NCBI GenBank assembly: GCA_963725865.1
Contig: CAVSAC010000010.1
Location: 1,056,001 to 1,120,000 of the forward strand
DNA: 64,000 nt
DNA from: Candidatus Eiseniibacteriota bacterium
GTDB lineage: Bacteria > Eisenbacteria > RBG-16-71-46
Direction of reading: 5' to 3'
Below the pieces are notes generated by a model. It searched no databases. It worked only from the letters and a program-made list of their open reading frames with translations, and had not been told where the DNA came from. A program made the translations under genes and the position numbers. Shown piece by piece: positions 59,080-64,000 of this stretch. The stretch's first letter is position 1; every line of letters starts with the position of its first letter.

Positions 59080-59925
59080 TCAGCGCGCGACGCTGTCGAG
59101 ATAGCGGTCCGCGGCCTCGCTCCAGTGCGGCATGCGCCGCCCGGTCACGTGCCGGAACCAACCGTTGTCGAGCACCGAGTACGCGGGTCGCGGCGCCGGC
59201 CGGCCGAGGCTGGCACTGTCGGTGCGCGCGACCTCGACCGCGAGCCCCGAGCGCGCCACGAGGTGGGACGCGAACTCGTGCCACGTGCAGTCGCCTTCGT
59301 TGGTGCAATGGTAGGTGCCGTACTGCGCCCGCTCCGCCAGCGCCACCAGCGCGGGCGCCAGGTCCTGGGTCCACGTCGGCGAGCCGCGCTGGTCGTCGAC
59401 CACGCGCAGTGGCTCGCCGGCGCGCGCGCGCGCCAGGATCGTGTCCGGGAAATTCGCTCCCCCGGCGCCGTACAGCCACGCGGTGCGCACGATGACGTGG
59501 CGCACGTTCACCTCGCGCACGGCCTGCTCGCCGGCCCACTTCGACGCGCCGTACACCGAGCGCGGCGCCACCGGGTCGTGCTCGCGCCACGGTCGCGTGC
59601 CGGCGCCCCCGAACACGTAGTCGGTCGAGAGGGCGAGCACGCTCGCCCCGACCGTGGCCGCCGCGAGCGCCGCGTTCTTGGCGCCCAGTCCGTTCACCAG
59701 GTGCGCGCGGTCCGGATCGGACTCGCACTCGTCCACCTTCGTGTACGCCGCCAGATGGAAGATCCAGTCCGGCCGCGCCAGCCGCGTCGCGCGCGCCAGC
59801 GCCTCGAAGTCCGTGACGTCGCAGTCGGTCTCGTCCGGAGCCGCCACGGCGTGCCCCCCGCGCTCGAGCGCCGGGACCAGCGCGCGCGCCAGCATGCCCG
59901 CGGCGCCGGTGATGAGCGCTCTCAC
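59080..59925 (-). CDS. rfbD: dTDP-4-dehydrorhamnose reductase
   Basis: GAAGML, AAYTKVD..E, STDYVF, YGASK..GE, DDQRGSPT, RPAYSVL. Confidence 0.93.
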   Translation of the reverse strand: MRALITGAAGMLARALVPALERGGHAVAAPDETDCDVTDFEALARATRLARPDWIFHLAAYTKVDECESDPDRAHLVNGLGAKNAALAAATVGASVLALSTDYVFGGAGTRPWREHDPVAPRSVYGASKWAGEQAVREVNVRHVIVRTAWLYGAGGANFPDTILARARAGEPLRVVDDQRGSPTWTQDLAPALVALAERAQYGTYHCTNEGDCTWHEFASHLVARSGLAVEVARTDSASLGRPAPRPAYSVLDNGWFRHVTGRRMPHWSEAADRYLDSVAR

Positions 59926-61046
59926 GCCAGCTCCACCCGGCTCGAGTCGCCGAGCATCAGGCGATGCGCGCGTGGACGCACGCCGCTCGCGGTCACCACC
60001 GCCTCGCGCCCGATCAGGCTCGACTCGATGCGGTAGGGCACGTGCGAGATGCGGCTGCGCTCGAGCACGATCGAGTGCTCGATCTCGCAGTGGTCGAGCG
60101 TCACGCCCTCGGCGATCGACGTGAACGGGCCCACGTAGCTGTCGCGGACCACCGCGCCGGCGCCGATGATCAGCGGTCCGCGCAGGCGCGAGCGCTCGAC
60201 GACCGCGCCACGCCCGATGTGCACCACGCCCTCGATCTGCGTCGCGGCGTCCACCCGGCCCTCCTGGGCGGGCTCGATCGCGCCCAGCATCATGCGGTTG
60301 CCCTCGAGCATGTCCTCGACCTTGCCGGTGTCCTTCCACCACCCGCCGATGATATGCGAGCGGACCCGCTTGCCCGACGAGATCAGGTGCTGGATGGCGT
60401 CGGTGATCTCGAGTTCGCCGCGCTTGCTGGGCTGGATCGCGTCCACCGCGTCGAAGATGCACGCGCTGAACAGGTACACGCCCACCAGCGCGAGGTCGCT
60501 CTTGGGATGCTGCGGCTTCTCCTCCAGACGCACGACGCGGTCGCCCTCCAGCTCGGCCACGCCGAACTCCGACGGCGTCTTCACGTGCGCCAGCAGGATC
60601 TGGGCATCCGGCTGCTCGGCCTCGAACTCGCGCACGAACGGCGTGACGCCGTCCTTGATCAGGTTGTCGCCCAGGTACATGACGAACGGCTCGCCCGCCA
60701 TGTAGGCGCGCGCGATCTTGACCGCGTGCGCCAGCCCGAGCGGGGCCGACTGCTCGATGTACGTGACCTTCAGCCCGAAGCGCGACCCGTCGCCGACCGC
60801 GGCGCGGATCTCGGCCTGCGAATTCACCATGACGGTGTTCATCTCGCCGGTGCGGTGGTCGGGCCGCAGCATCTCGGTGGGATCGCTCACGATGATGCCC
60901 ACCTCGGTGATGCCGGCGGCGCGCAGCGCCTCGAGGCCGTAGAACAGCACCGGCTTGTTCGCCACCGGCACCAGCTGCTTGGCGCTGGTGTGGGTGATGG
61001 GTCGCAGCCGGGTGCCGCGGCCACCGGCGAGAACGAGCGCTTTCAT
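59922..61046 (-). CDS. rfbA: Glucose-1-phosphate thymidylyltransferase (long form)
   Basis: LAGGRGTRLRPIT, KQLVPVANKP, YLGDN, RGELEITD, WKDTG, C-terminal hexapeptide repeats. Confidence 0.92.
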   Translation of the reverse strand: MKALVLAGGRGTRLRPITHTSAKQLVPVANKPVLFYGLEALRAAGITEVGIIVSDPTEMLRPDHRTGEMNTVMVNSQAEIRAAVGDGSRFGLKVTYIEQSAPLGLAHAVKIARAYMAGEPFVMYLGDNLIKDGVTPFVREFEAEQPDAQILLAHVKTPSEFGVAELEGDRVVRLEEKPQHPKSDLALVGVYLFSACIFDAVDAIQPSKRGELEITDAIQHLISSGKRVRSHIIGGWWKDTGKVEDMLEGNRMMLGAIEPAQEGRVDAATQIEGVVHIGRGAVVERSRLRGPLIIGAGAVVRDSYVGPFTSIAEGVTLDHCEIEHSIVLERSRISHVPYRIESSLIGREAVVTASGVRPRAHRLMLGDSSRVELA

Positions 61047-61057
61047 GGGTCTCCTCA

Positions 61058-63883
<2,826 letters not shown>

Positions 63884-63932
63884 TCAATGAACGTCGGCGG
63901 CCGCACCCATCGCCGCGCGCGCGGCGCCCCGC

Positions 63933-64000
63933 TCACCGCAAGCGCGCGATGCGCTGCACCAGCGACTGTCCGTCGGCGTCCAGGCGCGCCAGGTAGAGCC
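63933..64000 (-). CDS. 3' end of protein with T9SS/FlgD-like C-terminus (partial)
   Basis: ...LYLARLDADGQSLVQRIARLR*. Confidence 0.55.
   Translation of the reverse strand, partial: LYLARLDADGQSLVQRIARLR

Overview
High-GC bacterial chromosome segment. The FlgD-Ig/T9SS-like C-terminal domains, a C-terminal WGxxKxxYR motif and the ispE-spoVG-tRNA-Gln-prs-rplY-pth-rpsF-ssb-rpsR-DUF2232-rplI gene order suggest a Candidatus Eisenbacteria-like lineage (inference). The first ~17 kb is accessory. An intact comM/YifB gene has its 3' 446 bp repeated 5,767 bp downstream (~93% identical by manual count, mostly synonymous changes). The two copies bracket two secreted beta-propeller genes and a double-XRE HTH gene whose 5' end sits at the NP|CFCG junction; no integrase is visible. 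Next come a hydrolase, a C-terminal-domain relic, an internally deleted VOC pseudogene and a TPR-CHAT/TPR-CHAT/ECF sigma/anti-sigma cluster. Then follow a heme-copper oxidase operon whose subunits I/II appear to lack the canonical K proton channel, SCO/PCuAC, cspA-DEAD helicase, archease, radC, ftsY-smc-selA, a hybrid histidine kinase, a liv ABC transporter, amidase/TonB, the ribosomal/prs cluster with tRNA-Gln, sugar-nucleotide genes and a frameshifted alaS. All calls come from motif recognition by eye; no database searches were run.
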